In this document: piece by piece, positions 34,418-44,150 of the stretch
Layout: each line of letters opens with the position of its first letter
Position numbering within the stretch: the stretch's first letter is position 1
From: an uncultured virus (IMG/VR IMGVR_UViG_3300035183_001031)
Taxonomy: Duplodnaviria; Heunggongvirae; Uroviricota; Caudoviricetes
Length of the DNA stretch: 64,000 nt
Virus record (IMG/VR): IMGVR_UViG_3300035183_001031
Strand: one strand, 5' to 3'
The notes under the pieces: model-generated
Database searches by the model: none
What the model saw: the letters and a program-made list of their open reading frames with translations, nothing else
Told to the model about the DNA's origin: nothing
Position numbers and translations under genes: made by a program

Positions 34418-34988
34418 CTGGTACAGACGTCCTGAGCTGATCCTCTCAGAGCTTCTCCACAAGGCCGCTCGTCACGAGAGTGAGAGGCAGTACTATCGTG
34501 CCTCCGTCCTTGCCGTAGACCTTGACGGAGGTAAGCTGCAGAACCCCGATGGGGCCGGTGAGGTTTCCGTCGTCCTTCGTGACGGCACGATAAGGAGGTA
34601 TGCAGCTTTGACCGGCCCGGCAAATCCGCGGGGGTCCATCAAGGCCAGGATCATCACGGACGGATTCGATCGTCTGCTTGATGATCAGTCTCTCCGAGTG
34701 TTCTGGCCGATGTTTCCTCAGGATATGGCAGGCACCCCAGTGACCCCGGGAGAACATGTCTATGTCATGTTTGAGGGGGATGGCATGTCCCATGGTATTT
34801 GGGTCTCTCGAGTGGCTGGTCATGAATCTGCAAATAGCTCCCAGGGTGCTCTTGAGTATGATGCCCCGTCCCATATGCAGTCTGCGATGGACTCGTTCGA
34901 GCCTAATCTTCCAGAATATCCTCGTGATGATGAGTACGCCAGCCTCGCTCCGTCTGAGGGTGCGATCGTGAGGTTTGGAGACGGTTGA
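34404..34988 (+). CDS. hypothetical protein, possibly baseplate hub OB-fold
   Basis: GSIKARI, PMFP...PGEHVYVMFE..WVSRV; directly upstream of the spike gene. Confidence 0.5.
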   Translation: MMDIDWYRRPELILSELLHKAARHESERQYYRASVLAVDLDGGKLQNPDGAGEVSVVLRDGTIRRYAALTGPANPRGSIKARIITDGFDRLLDDQSLRVFWPMFPQDMAGTPVTPGEHVYVMFEGDGMSHGIWVSRVAGHESANSSQGALEYDAPSHMQSAMDSFEPNLPEYPRDDEYASLAPSEGAIVRFGDG

Positions 34989-35575
34989 TGTCGAGGGACA
35001 TGGTTTACGAGGATGTCCCGATCCTGAATCGAAGGCAGGGTGACAACGTCGTGGCAGGACAGAACAATGCCACCATCCTGCTCGGGAGGGACCGTGTTGA
35101 CTCTGTCGACACAGGGTACGGAGCACGGGAGAACGGCGGCGGTAAGTCGGCCGGAGCGATCCACGCTGTCGTCGGGCGGAAAGGTTCAGATCCCTCGGTC
35201 CTTGATGACGCTGCCACCCTCTACCTCTCTCAGAAGGCGGATCCTGATGTCCAGGCGGGGACCGAGGAGATTGGATCGAAGATTTCTGGTAGGCCCTCGG
35301 CCATCTTGAGGGCCGACTGCGTGAGAATCGTTCCTCGGACCGACCTAAAGGTTTCGGTGGGCAAGGCGTACCTCATGATGACGGCAGAGGGAAAGATCGT
35401 GATTGAGGGTGATATCCAGCTCGGCGAGGGGGCGGCAGAGCGGATCATCCGAGGTGATGCGTTTGCTAGGTACTGGAGTGGCCCTGGGCATACGCATCCG
35501 ACGCCTGTTGGACTTTCTGGTCCTCCGCAGCCGCTTCCGGACTTTTTGTTGAGCCCGTCGAATAAGGTTATCTGA
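34985..35575 (+). CDS. baseplate central spike-like protein
   Basis: C-terminal HTHPTPVGLSGPP (HxH tip) after IQLG...RGD. Confidence 0.7.
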   Translation: MMSRDMVYEDVPILNRRQGDNVVAGQNNATILLGRDRVDSVDTGYGARENGGGKSAGAIHAVVGRKGSDPSVLDDAATLYLSQKADPDVQAGTEEIGSKISGRPSAILRADCVRIVPRTDLKVSVGKAYLMMTAEGKIVIEGDIQLGEGAAERIIRGDAFARYWSGPGHTHPTPVGLSGPPQPLPDFLLSPSNKVI

Positions 35576-36012
35576 TGCCGTTGTCAGTTGCGGACCTACG
35601 TCGGATTATCAGACCGCTGTTTGATCCGCAGACGATGCCGACGTTCGATCCGCTTGGTGATTGGATCCGTGCCTATTCGCAATATGCAAGTGTAGGAGTT
35701 GCAGGACCGGCGGTACTTGCGGTCCCGCTCACCAGTGCAGCGGTGGGTCAATTTACGATCCAGGGCTTCTCAAGGGCCCTTATGGAGATGTGGACCGCCG
35801 CCGTTTGGGTTGGGCCTGGTGTGACCGCTGTGACCAGCGTCGTCCCTCCCTTCGAACCGCTTCTGATCGCTCTGACTCCGACTCTAAACGTAAGCTACGA
35901 TCCTGAACTGGCTCCAACGTTGATAGCCAAAGCACTTCATACATATACGCTAAGCGTTGTTGTGACAGTTACCCCTGCAACAGGGATCCCGTTCTTAACG
36001 ACCGTGGCGTAG
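35575..36012 (+). CDS. hypothetical virion protein
   Basis: Lies between spike and gp25-like genes. Confidence 0.55.
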   Translation: MPLSVADLRRIIRPLFDPQTMPTFDPLGDWIRAYSQYASVGVAGPAVLAVPLTSAAVGQFTIQGFSRALMEMWTAAVWVGPGVTAVTSVVPPFEPLLIALTPTLNVSYDPELAPTLIAKALHTYTLSVVVTVTPATGIPFLTTVA

Positions 36013-36072
36013 TGATGAAGTCCGCGATTAAAAGCGAAAGGCTCTTGTTGAGTTGCCCAGGGGGACGCAAAG

Positions 36073-36456
36073 TTGTCAATCGGATTTAACTTTCCGTTCC
36101 AACCAGCGACTGGCTCTCTTGGGTACCTTGAGGTGACGGATGATGTCGCGTCAGCCATCGTGGCAAACCTTCGCTCTCTCTTGCTTACGAACTGGGGCGA
36201 GAGGGTGATGCACTTCGACTTTGGCTGTAACCTTCGAGAGTTCATCTTTGAACCTCGCTCGAAGTCGCTCAAGGGGAGGATCGCGGAGCGGATCAAGGCC
36301 CAGGTTGCAAAGTGGATGTCGTTCCTCACCCTGACTGGAATCTTCATTACATTTGCCGACGAGGATCCGGCTGTTCCTGAGAATGGCTTCCATATTCACC
36401 TCACCCTCGTGTACGGGAACATCCCGGTCGAGGCAACTGTGCTCTTTTCGGGATGA
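36073..36456 (+). CDS. gp25/GPW baseplate wedge protein
   Basis: NLRSLLLTNWGERVMHFDFGCNLREFIFEP. Confidence 0.9.
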   Translation: MSIGFNFPFQPATGSLGYLEVTDDVASAIVANLRSLLLTNWGERVMHFDFGCNLREFIFEPRSKSLKGRIAERIKAQVAKWMSFLTLTGIFITFADEDPAVPENGFHIHLTLVYGNIPVEATVLFSG

Positions 36457-36462
36457 TCTGTC

Positions 36463-38283
36463 ATGGCGATTGATGTCAAGAAGGAGAGGATCGTCAGCCT
36501 CACGAATAGGGACTTCAAGTCCCTCAAGCGTGACCTGATCAATTTCGGCAGAGCGTACGCATCTGGGTCTTTCACTGACTATAACGAGAGCTCTCCCGGA
36601 ATGGCTATCTTGGAGTTCCTCGCCTATGTCGGTGACGGTCTCCACTTCATGCTTGACCAGGCCTTCAACGAGTCTGGGGAGGGAGCGACCCAGCTTGAGA
36701 ATGTGATCGCCCTGGCAAAGGCTCGTGGATATAGACCTCAGGGAAAGAGGCCGTCTGTCGGAACGCTTCATTGGGCCGTCGAGGTTCCAGCGACTGTCGA
36801 CTCGTTCGGTCGAGTGGTCCCTGACGATGCCTACACTCCGACCCTTCTGAAGGGTTCACAGGGAATGGCTCAGAACGGCACCTTGTTTGAGACCCTGGAG
36901 GACATTCACTTTACGGCTTCACTCGGCCGTGAGGTTACCGGCTCTCGTTTTGATTCGAATACGGGAATGCCGACTCACTTTGCGATCAGGAAGTATGTCG
37001 ATGTGATCGCAGGGAAGACGGTCACCGAGACGTTCACCATCACCGAGTTCCAGCAGTTCAGACGCATCGACCTGAGCTATGAGGATGTGATCGAGGTCAT
37101 CGATGTCTTCGATGAAGAGGGGAATGAGTGGTTCGAGGTGGACTACCTCGCACAGGACTGGGTGTTTACCTCCGACACCAACCCTGGAGATGACGGTGTG
37201 TCAGTCCCGTATGTTTTGAAGCTCCAGTCAGCGCCCCGTCGTTTCATCGTTGATCGAAACATCGCAACCGGAGTCACCTCGCTGGTCTTCGGATCAGGTG
37301 ACGGTGTGAGCTACGATGACGAACTCATTCCGAATGTGGCCAGTTATGCCCTGCCGTTAGCTGGAAGACGTACTTTCAATAGCTTCAACATCGACCCTCA
37401 GAACTTTCTGAAGACGCGCAGCCTCGGCCTTTCGCCTCATAACACGACTTTGACGGTGCGCTACCGCGTAGGAGGTGGTTCTGAGACTAACGTCCCTGCT
37501 CGTTCGGTCAGGCAGCCGATCGTGGTGAACCTCTCGTTTGCTTCCACAGGCCTCGATCCCCTTAAGAAGGGCGCCGTCGAGGCGTCGATCGGATGCATCA
37601 ACCTTTCCTCCATGAAGGGTGGAGGTCCGGCCGAGACGATCAAGGAGATCAAGGCCAACTCTGCGGCGTTCTTCGCGTCCCAATCGAGGGCGGTCACTCG
37701 TGAGGACATCGCGGCACGGGTTCTCTCGCTACCGTCAAAGTTCGGAGCGATCGAGAAGGTCTTCGTTAAGCCGACCGAGGCCGGTAGGTACTCGTATGAC
37801 GTCCACATTCTATCGTCAGACGCTGACGGTAACCTTACGACGGCTACTCCGACGCTAAAGTCGAACCTGGCAACGTATCTCAAGAAGTTCAAGATGCTCA
37901 CTGACGGGGTGAACATCCTCGATGCAAGCATCCTGGACATTAGAGTCTACTTCGGGGTAGTTGTCGCATCCGGTAAGAACCGCTCTGAGGTCCTTTTGAA
38001 CTGTGCTACTCGGTTGCAGGAGTACTTCAGGCGCGATAACATGCAGATCGGTCAACCGATCGTGGTCTCTGACGTCGTCGGCGTGCTTCAGAGCATCCAC
38101 GGGGTAGTCTCGGTGTATGAGGTCTCATTCACAAACGTCTTCGGGGTGACCGACGGGCTTTCATACTCCGACGATCGGTTTGCGATCACGGACAACCTTC
38201 GGGACGGCATGTTGATCTGTCCGACCGGAGCGATCTTTCAGGTCAAGTATCCAACCCGGGACATCGTCGGGAGCGCACGATGA
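36463..38283 (+). CDS. baseplate wedge protein (T4 gp6/baseplate J-like)
   Basis: RDFKSLK, DYNESSPG..LEFLAYVGD, YRVGGG, GG..AETIKEIK, RAVTRED. Confidence 0.9.
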   Translation: MAIDVKKERIVSLTNRDFKSLKRDLINFGRAYASGSFTDYNESSPGMAILEFLAYVGDGLHFMLDQAFNESGEGATQLENVIALAKARGYRPQGKRPSVGTLHWAVEVPATVDSFGRVVPDDAYTPTLLKGSQGMAQNGTLFETLEDIHFTASLGREVTGSRFDSNTGMPTHFAIRKYVDVIAGKTVTETFTITEFQQFRRIDLSYEDVIEVIDVFDEEGNEWFEVDYLAQDWVFTSDTNPGDDGVSVPYVLKLQSAPRRFIVDRNIATGVTSLVFGSGDGVSYDDELIPNVASYALPLAGRRTFNSFNIDPQNFLKTRSLGLSPHNTTLTVRYRVGGGSETNVPARSVRQPIVVNLSFASTGLDPLKKGAVEASIGCINLSSMKGGGPAETIKEIKANSAAFFASQSRAVTREDIAARVLSLPSKFGAIEKVFVKPTEAGRYSYDVHILSSDADGNLTTATPTLKSNLATYLKKFKMLTDGVNILDASILDIRVYFGVVVASGKNRSEVLLNCATRLQEYFRRDNMQIGQPIVVSDVVGVLQSIHGVVSVYEVSFTNVFGVTDGLSYSDDRFAITDNLRDGMLICPTGAIFQVKYPTRDIVGSAR

Positions 38284-39641
38284 TCTATCGGATCTTTCCG
38301 TTCAAGGATACGTTCATCACGAACGACTACGTCGCACCGAACTTTACGCGGTTGACAGGGGCCAACGTCGGTTTCTCTGAGGAGCTTGACGTCTTTAAGC
38401 GGGCGGGCATCTCGGGAGCGATCGGGACGGCTGGTTCTGGGACGCTTGCCAGGGCGTTGCTGCAGTTTGATCTATCGAAGTTCTCTGAGCTGACCGCCTC
38501 GGGGGACATTCCGACGGCCGGCTTGACCTTCCATCTCAGGATGAACCATAAGACCCGTGGATGTCCTGAGCCGAAAAGCTATGAGTTGACCATCCGTCCC
38601 ATCTCGTCATCTTGGGATGAGGGTGATGGCATGGACGTCAACACGTACGCCGATGACGGATATGCCAATTGGGAGAAGCGGACTTCGACTCAGTATTGGA
38701 ACGTCGCCGGCGGCGACTTCTTGCCCTCTCCGACCGCAAGCGCGTACTTCGACACTGGCACTGAGGACATCGACGTCGACGTTACCTCGATCGTAAACGG
38801 TTGGTTGAGCGGTACCTTTCCAAACTACGGCGTCGCCGTCCACATGACGGCGAGCCTAGAGTCAGACTCTGTTTACGTCGACTACTACCGCAAGAAGTTC
38901 TATTCTCGACACAGCTCGTATAAGGATCGTCGTCCGTACATTGAGGTCCGTGTCAATGACTTCCGAGGCGACGATCGGGCCAATATGCAGTGGTCACGGA
39001 CTGGCTCCCTGTATCTCTACAATGTCGTCGGAGGTGTTTTCACTGACCTGATTGGCCAGGTAGTGGTCAGCATCGCAGACGCATCTGGCGTCCTCATGCA
39101 TGTCACAGCGAGCCAGGTCGGCACCGGTATCTACAGCGCATCGTTTGCGTTGCCGACCGGATCGTACAGCGGATCTCTTTTCTACGATCGCTGGCGTGCA
39201 GGAGCGGTCGCAATGACCACTGGAACGTTTACCCTCTCAAAGCCGAATCCGGTGAACACCTTGGCCCAGCATCCTTTGATCGCTAGGGTCAGGAACGGGC
39301 AAGATGAGTATACTCCTGAAGATGTGCCGGTGTTTGAGGTGCTGTTTCGTAAGCGCCCCCATACCGTCCCTGTGCTATCGACAGCCTCCTTGGGTCCGAC
39401 TCCCTATATCGTGGAGAGGGCGTGGTATGCGATCGAGAACTTTGCCACGAAGGAGCGGGTGGTCCCGTTTGGAACTGGCTCGCAGAACCACACCAGATTG
39501 TCCTATGGAGGCTCGGGAAACTCGTTCAAGTTCCACATGTCGAACCTCCATCAGGGAAACGTGTACCGGATCATTTTCCTCGTCGATGAGCAGGGTCGAA
39601 AGCAGATCGTAGATCCTGGGTACAAGTTCAAAGTTGTCTAG
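38280..39641 (+). CDS. virion structural protein (DNRLRE-like domain)
   Basis: KDTFI, RALLQFDLS, WDEGDG, DVTSIVNGW, NYG, RPYIEV. Confidence 0.65.
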   Translation: MIYRIFPFKDTFITNDYVAPNFTRLTGANVGFSEELDVFKRAGISGAIGTAGSGTLARALLQFDLSKFSELTASGDIPTAGLTFHLRMNHKTRGCPEPKSYELTIRPISSSWDEGDGMDVNTYADDGYANWEKRTSTQYWNVAGGDFLPSPTASAYFDTGTEDIDVDVTSIVNGWLSGTFPNYGVAVHMTASLESDSVYVDYYRKKFYSRHSSYKDRRPYIEVRVNDFRGDDRANMQWSRTGSLYLYNVVGGVFTDLIGQVVVSIADASGVLMHVTASQVGTGIYSASFALPTGSYSGSLFYDRWRAGAVAMTTGTFTLSKPNPVNTLAQHPLIARVRNGQDEYTPEDVPVFEVLFRKRPHTVPVLSTASLGPTPYIVERAWYAIENFATKERVVPFGTGSQNHTRLSYGGSGNSFKFHMSNLHQGNVYRIIFLVDEQGRKQIVDPGYKFKVV

Positions 39642-39688
39642 AAGGTCGGAGAGCGTGGAGAGAACCTTGGCTGCAAAGAGGCCCCAGA

Positions 39689-41407
39689 ATGCCTGACATC
39701 TTCAGTCTTTTTGACGGAAAGATGGGCGCCGGCTCCGCGGCCGCTGTCTCTGCGCAGAGCCAGGATTCATTCTCAGACGTGGGTCCGGAGAATGACCTGG
39801 TCACGAGGCTCGCGTCGGGCTCAGATATGGTCGACCTGAACGTCGACTACAGTGACTTCTCGAACTTTGTGACGTTCAACTCAGCCGAGTCGTACGTCAA
39901 CGTCACAGCCGATCAGATCCTAAACGAATATCCATTCGGCGGAACTGTGGATGACCTCCAGGCGTTCTTGGATTCACTCGATGGGTACCAGCGATACTTC
40001 CTTGGAAGGTGGCCATCGCGGACGGGACATCTTCGACTGAATCCGATGGTGTCCTCGTCATACATTCGCATCGATGACTTTGGCGTCCAGGACGGGGTCG
40101 CGCGTTCTTCGTTTGTCAGCCCCGGCACAGGGTCGCTGTCCATCCAGGGATGGATTGACGTCCCAGCCATGACTGGATCTAACGATGTCATGGTCGTTTT
40201 CCAAAAGTTGCGGCGGGGGACCACAGACGGCGTCTCCGTGTACGTCTCGGGCTCCAGCTTGTACTTCTTGGTTGCCTCCGGTTCAAACTCTTGCGTAGTC
40301 TCAGGTGCCCTCTCGACGATGCCGTCATTTTTCTCGGCGGTGATCGATCGCTCCGCGGTGACCGGGACGGTCATGCTCATCACGGCGACGACCGGTACGT
40401 TTCCTATCGTCCGTGACACCACGACGATGGTGATGGGAACTAGGTTCGACCTTGCCTCTGGGTCGTTTTACATCGGATCGGGATCGATCTCCGGAAAGGT
40501 GGTGCGACCTTTCACCGGAAGTCTGGATGACATCAGCGTCTGGTCGAGCGTTCGGAGCTTGTCGGCCCTCACGAGTTCGTACAACCGAAAGATCTATGCA
40601 CAGTCCGGTCTTCTCGGTGCATGGCGTTTTAACGAGGCAACCGTCTCCACCCCAAGCTCGTACGCTTCCATTGCGAGAGACTGCTCGGGACATAGGCTTG
40701 ACGGGCGGATCCAATTCTATTTTTCTGGTTCAAGGGGATCCGGCTCACTCGCGTTCGATTCCCCAGATCCGATCCTCAGCTTGGATGATCCTGACGTCGT
40801 CAGCTATATCGTTGAGGCGCAGACCTCAGGATCAAACTTTGATCGTCAGAACGACTCGTTGATCTTCAACCTTTTTCCAGGGAAGTTTTCACAGGGATCA
40901 CAGTCGTTCCAGAATTTTGCTCTCATCCTGGCACGGTTCTTCGATAGGATCAAGCTGTATATCAAGCAGCTCCCTAACCTGAGGAAGGTCGACTATTCTG
41001 AATACGACAGCGCTCCTGACGATCTGCTCGAGGACGTCGCAGCGTTGTACGGCTGGAAGCTTGATGGGAACTTCTCGACCGTCGATGCGTTCAAGTATTT
41101 CCTCGGGCGTGACATATCGCCCGGGCCGCAGGCGAACGTCTCACTCGACACTCGTCTAGCAGATATCAAGTCCAGGTTCTGGCGTCGGGTCCTGCAGAAC
41201 CTGATGTACCTGTATAAGACGAAGGGAACCCGCGAGTCGGTCGAGGCACTTCTTCGCATCTACGGAGTGAACAACGGCTTCGTTCGTCTAAAGGAGTATG
41301 CCTACAGGGCCGAGGCACGACTTCCCGTCGTAAGAGTTGTCTCTGAAAAGAGTGTCAACGCCCTTATGTTTTGTAGCGGGTCCACGGTGAAGTTCGTGGG
41401 GAGATGA
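39689..41407 (+). CDS. baseplate protein with LamG domain and gp7/tail-protein-I-like region
   Basis: FTGSLDDISVWS, GAWRFNE; RRVLQNLMYLYKTKGTRESVEALLRIYG. Confidence 0.7.
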   Translation: MPDIFSLFDGKMGAGSAAAVSAQSQDSFSDVGPENDLVTRLASGSDMVDLNVDYSDFSNFVTFNSAESYVNVTADQILNEYPFGGTVDDLQAFLDSLDGYQRYFLGRWPSRTGHLRLNPMVSSSYIRIDDFGVQDGVARSSFVSPGTGSLSIQGWIDVPAMTGSNDVMVVFQKLRRGTTDGVSVYVSGSSLYFLVASGSNSCVVSGALSTMPSFFSAVIDRSAVTGTVMLITATTGTFPIVRDTTTMVMGTRFDLASGSFYIGSGSISGKVVRPFTGSLDDISVWSSVRSLSALTSSYNRKIYAQSGLLGAWRFNEATVSTPSSYASIARDCSGHRLDGRIQFYFSGSRGSGSLAFDSPDPILSLDDPDVVSYIVEAQTSGSNFDRQNDSLIFNLFPGKFSQGSQSFQNFALILARFFDRIKLYIKQLPNLRKVDYSEYDSAPDDLLEDVAALYGWKLDGNFSTVDAFKYFLGRDISPGPQANVSLDTRLADIKSRFWRRVLQNLMYLYKTKGTRESVEALLRIYGVNNGFVRLKEYAYRAEARLPVVRVVSEKSVNALMFCSGSTVKFVGR

Positions 41408-41410
41408 CAA

Positions 41411-42277
41411 ATGGCTGATAACACTACGATAAATCCCGGAAGCGGCGGCGATACCCTTCGGACAGATGACGTCGGTGGAGGCGTCAAGGTCCCTGTCTCA
41501 AAGATCATTACGGGAGGTGATGGTATCGACGGCGGTTTCGTCGGTATGTCGAACCCGTTCCCGATCATGATCGTGTCGGGGTCAGACGTTGTCGGGACCG
41601 TGACGAATCCGCTTAGGGTAAGCGGCTCCATCGGTGTACTTGTTGGCGGAGTACAGGCTGCTGCATCAAATCCGTTACCGGTCATCCACAGCTCGGGCTC
41701 CCAGACCGGTCTGTTGGTCGGCTCAAACCCGGTCAACTATTCGAATCCGTTACCGGTCATCCACAGCTCGGGCTCCCAGACCGGTCTGTTGATTGGCTCA
41801 AATCCGGTCAACTACTCAAATCCGTTGCCGGTGACCGGCGCTATCGGAGTGCTTGTGGCAGGCTCCCAGGCGTCTAGGACGAACCCGCTTCCGGTCTATT
41901 GTATGGCTGAACCTGCCGGGCAGATTATGTCCGGTTCGACCGTCGTTCCTGTCTACCATGCGTTCGGTGATTTCGGTACGTCTGGTTCCGCGAACCAGGT
42001 TATCCCGCCGCAGGGCGCCGGTAAGAGGATCGCAGTTCTCTCTGCGCACCTCATGGCGCCTTCGACCGTCTTTGTCAGGTGGCAGTCGACCGGTTCGGCT
42101 GGTACCATCACTAACATCTCTGGTCTGATGCCTGTGCCGGCGAACGGCGGTTTTGTGTTACCACACAACCCACACGGTTGGTTTAAGACCCTCGCAAATG
42201 AGGGCCTCAATCTCAACTTGAACAGCGCCGTTAGTTGCGGCGTCATCGTCACCTGGACCGTCTTTAATAACCCATGA
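41411..42277 (+). CDS. fibre or decoration-like protein with NPLPV repeats
   Basis: Repeated SNPLPV; internal 25-aa tandem repeat. Confidence 0.6.
   Translation: MADNTTINPGSGGDTLRTDDVGGGVKVPVSKIITGGDGIDGGFVGMSNPFPIMIVSGSDVVGTVTNPLRVSGSIGVLVGGVQAAASNPLPVIHSSGSQTGLLVGSNPVNYSNPLPVIHSSGSQTGLLIGSNPVNYSNPLPVTGAIGVLVAGSQASRTNPLPVYCMAEPAGQIMSGSTVVPVYHAFGDFGTSGSANQVIPPQGAGKRIAVLSAHLMAPSTVFVRWQSTGSAGTITNISGLMPVPANGGFVLPHNPHGWFKTLANEGLNLNLNSAVSCGVIVTWTVFNNP
41669..41832 (+). repeat. 75-bp coding tandem repeat (~2.2 copies)
   Basis: Units at 41669, 41744 and 41819 (NPLPVIHSSGSQTGLLVGSNPVNYS). Confidence 0.9.
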
Positions 42278-44142
42278 GCCTCTGTCTCTCATTCGCTGGA
42301 AGCGCCGGGCTCGATGCGACGACCCTGGTCTCGATCACCGTCTCTCCGTCTCCGATGGTCCTCTACCTCTGAAGCATGGGATCGCCACAGCAGGCATACG
42401 CGACAGGAACGTATTCCGATGGCAGCACTGCTGACATCACGAACGCTGTCACGTGGACGGTCAGTGATACCTCGATTGCGACGGTCGGGACGTTTACCGG
42501 CCTTGTCACGATCGCCGATGCTGGCAAGATCTGGGGTGGGACGATTGGGTTGACGGCGACGCTTGCCCCAGGAACACCTGGCACAGCATCGATCGTTGTC
42601 GTGTCATGCGACAGCGGCTCTGTAGCACCGAGGATGCCGCAGTCAGATGATCAGTGGATGGCCTTGGGGCTCTCACCGTGGGGTTCTTGGTGGGGATTGC
42701 AGGAGTTGACTGGCAACCTGGTCGGGAGCGGATCAGCAGCGTTTACCCTGGCGGCCTCGGTCGCCCCGGCGGGCGGTGTGATCTCTTTTGGACAGACAGA
42801 ATCCGGTTGGCTTCGAAAGACAATTGTCCTCTCTGGGACAAACTCGGGTGGGTCTCCCAACTTCCGTGGGACGGGCCCGAACTTGCAGACGTCGTCCACG
42901 GCATTCCTCGCTTACTGTCGGATGCCTCTAGGACAAGGAAACCTCGGGTTATTCGGTCAACCGAGCGACTCGGCCACAAACATCCTTGCGATGGCCTCAC
43001 ACACTTCTTTTGGATACTATGGGGAGGTGATGGCGAGGATTCAGGGCACATCGAAGATGGTCATCTGTCCAACCCCGGCACGGATGGACGATCGTATTCA
43101 TCCGATGCTTGTCGTCTATAACAAGACGACCGGCGATGCGCTCGCTTGCACTGACATGGGCGTCGTCGTGTCGAGCAGTCTAGCTGCATTTTCAGCTACA
43201 AGTGTCGGTCTCGGTCCGCTATTCGGGACGACGGGCGGCGCTGCCTCTGCGTCATTCAGCTATTTTGCCATCGCGACCGGTTCCATCGTTGAACCGCTCA
43301 CAGATCCGTCCGGTGCAGCTGATTTCCTCTCACGGCTCGGCTGGAACGTCATATGGAAGGACTGCCCGATTGACTCAGGAAGCATCAGGCTTCCCTATGT
43401 GCCACACCACTGGAAACAGCTTGGTCAGCAACCGTGGACTGCGACCTGGAACATGCAGGAGCCAGCCGGAACTAGCCTTGTTTCATACAACGGTTGGGAC
43501 GGTAAGAATGTTGCGGCATGGACGCTGACTCCATCGAATGCCGCTCTTCGATATCCGTGTCCAGGTTGGATGAGGGTAGGTGTCAACCTAACTAACGCGA
43601 CGTCGCGGCGAATCATGATCACTGATGTCTTGAACGGCGACGACAACCTCTGGAATCCAACGGGATCGATCGCGATGATGGTCTACGGAGACATCGAGGC
43701 GGTCGGAGGAGGGTCGTATGGTTTGATCGGTAGCTCTCCTAGCGTCAGTCAGCTTGGCGCGGGTGGGACGGTCGCGCTTCATGGCGTCGGTCTTGGCAAG
43801 AAGCTGGCGGTCTACTGTTCAGGTACCTCTGTCACCGGTTCATATGACCATGCCGACGGGAGGGTCCATCCGTTCATGCTCGTCTATGACGCGACCAACC
43901 AGAGGGTGAAGGGATACTCTGACTTGGAGGCCATCACCGGTTCGTATCAGCCGCTGTCACTGTACACAAGCCTCACGTCGTCGATAGGCATCGGGGGCAT
44001 CCCCCAGTGGGTGACATCAGTCGCAGTGAGCGGGACGTACCTGTACTTCACGATCTGCACCGGAAGCCTCGCTGAGCAATTGAGCGACGATGGCCAGGCA
44101 AGCCAGTTCCTCAAGAGCCTCGGCTGGAACCCACCCTGGTGA
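42274..44142 (+). CDS. Ig-like (Big_2) plus two lectin-like repeats; in-frame TGA at 42370-42372 (otherwise starts at 42376)
   Basis: TLVSITVSP...*SMGSPQQAYATGTYSDGSTADITNAVTW; two internal repeats ending FLSRLGW and FLKSLGW. Confidence 0.65.
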
Positions 44143-44150
44143 GGTGAAAG

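Noticed and set aside
34404..38283. Type VI secretion or extracellular contractile injection system
   Set aside because: No TssJLM, ClpV or Afp15-type genes; primase, SbcCD, resolvase and tRNAs indicate a phage.
41411..44142. Diversity-generating retroelement target
   Set aside because: No reverse transcriptase, and the repeat differences are not adenine-specific.
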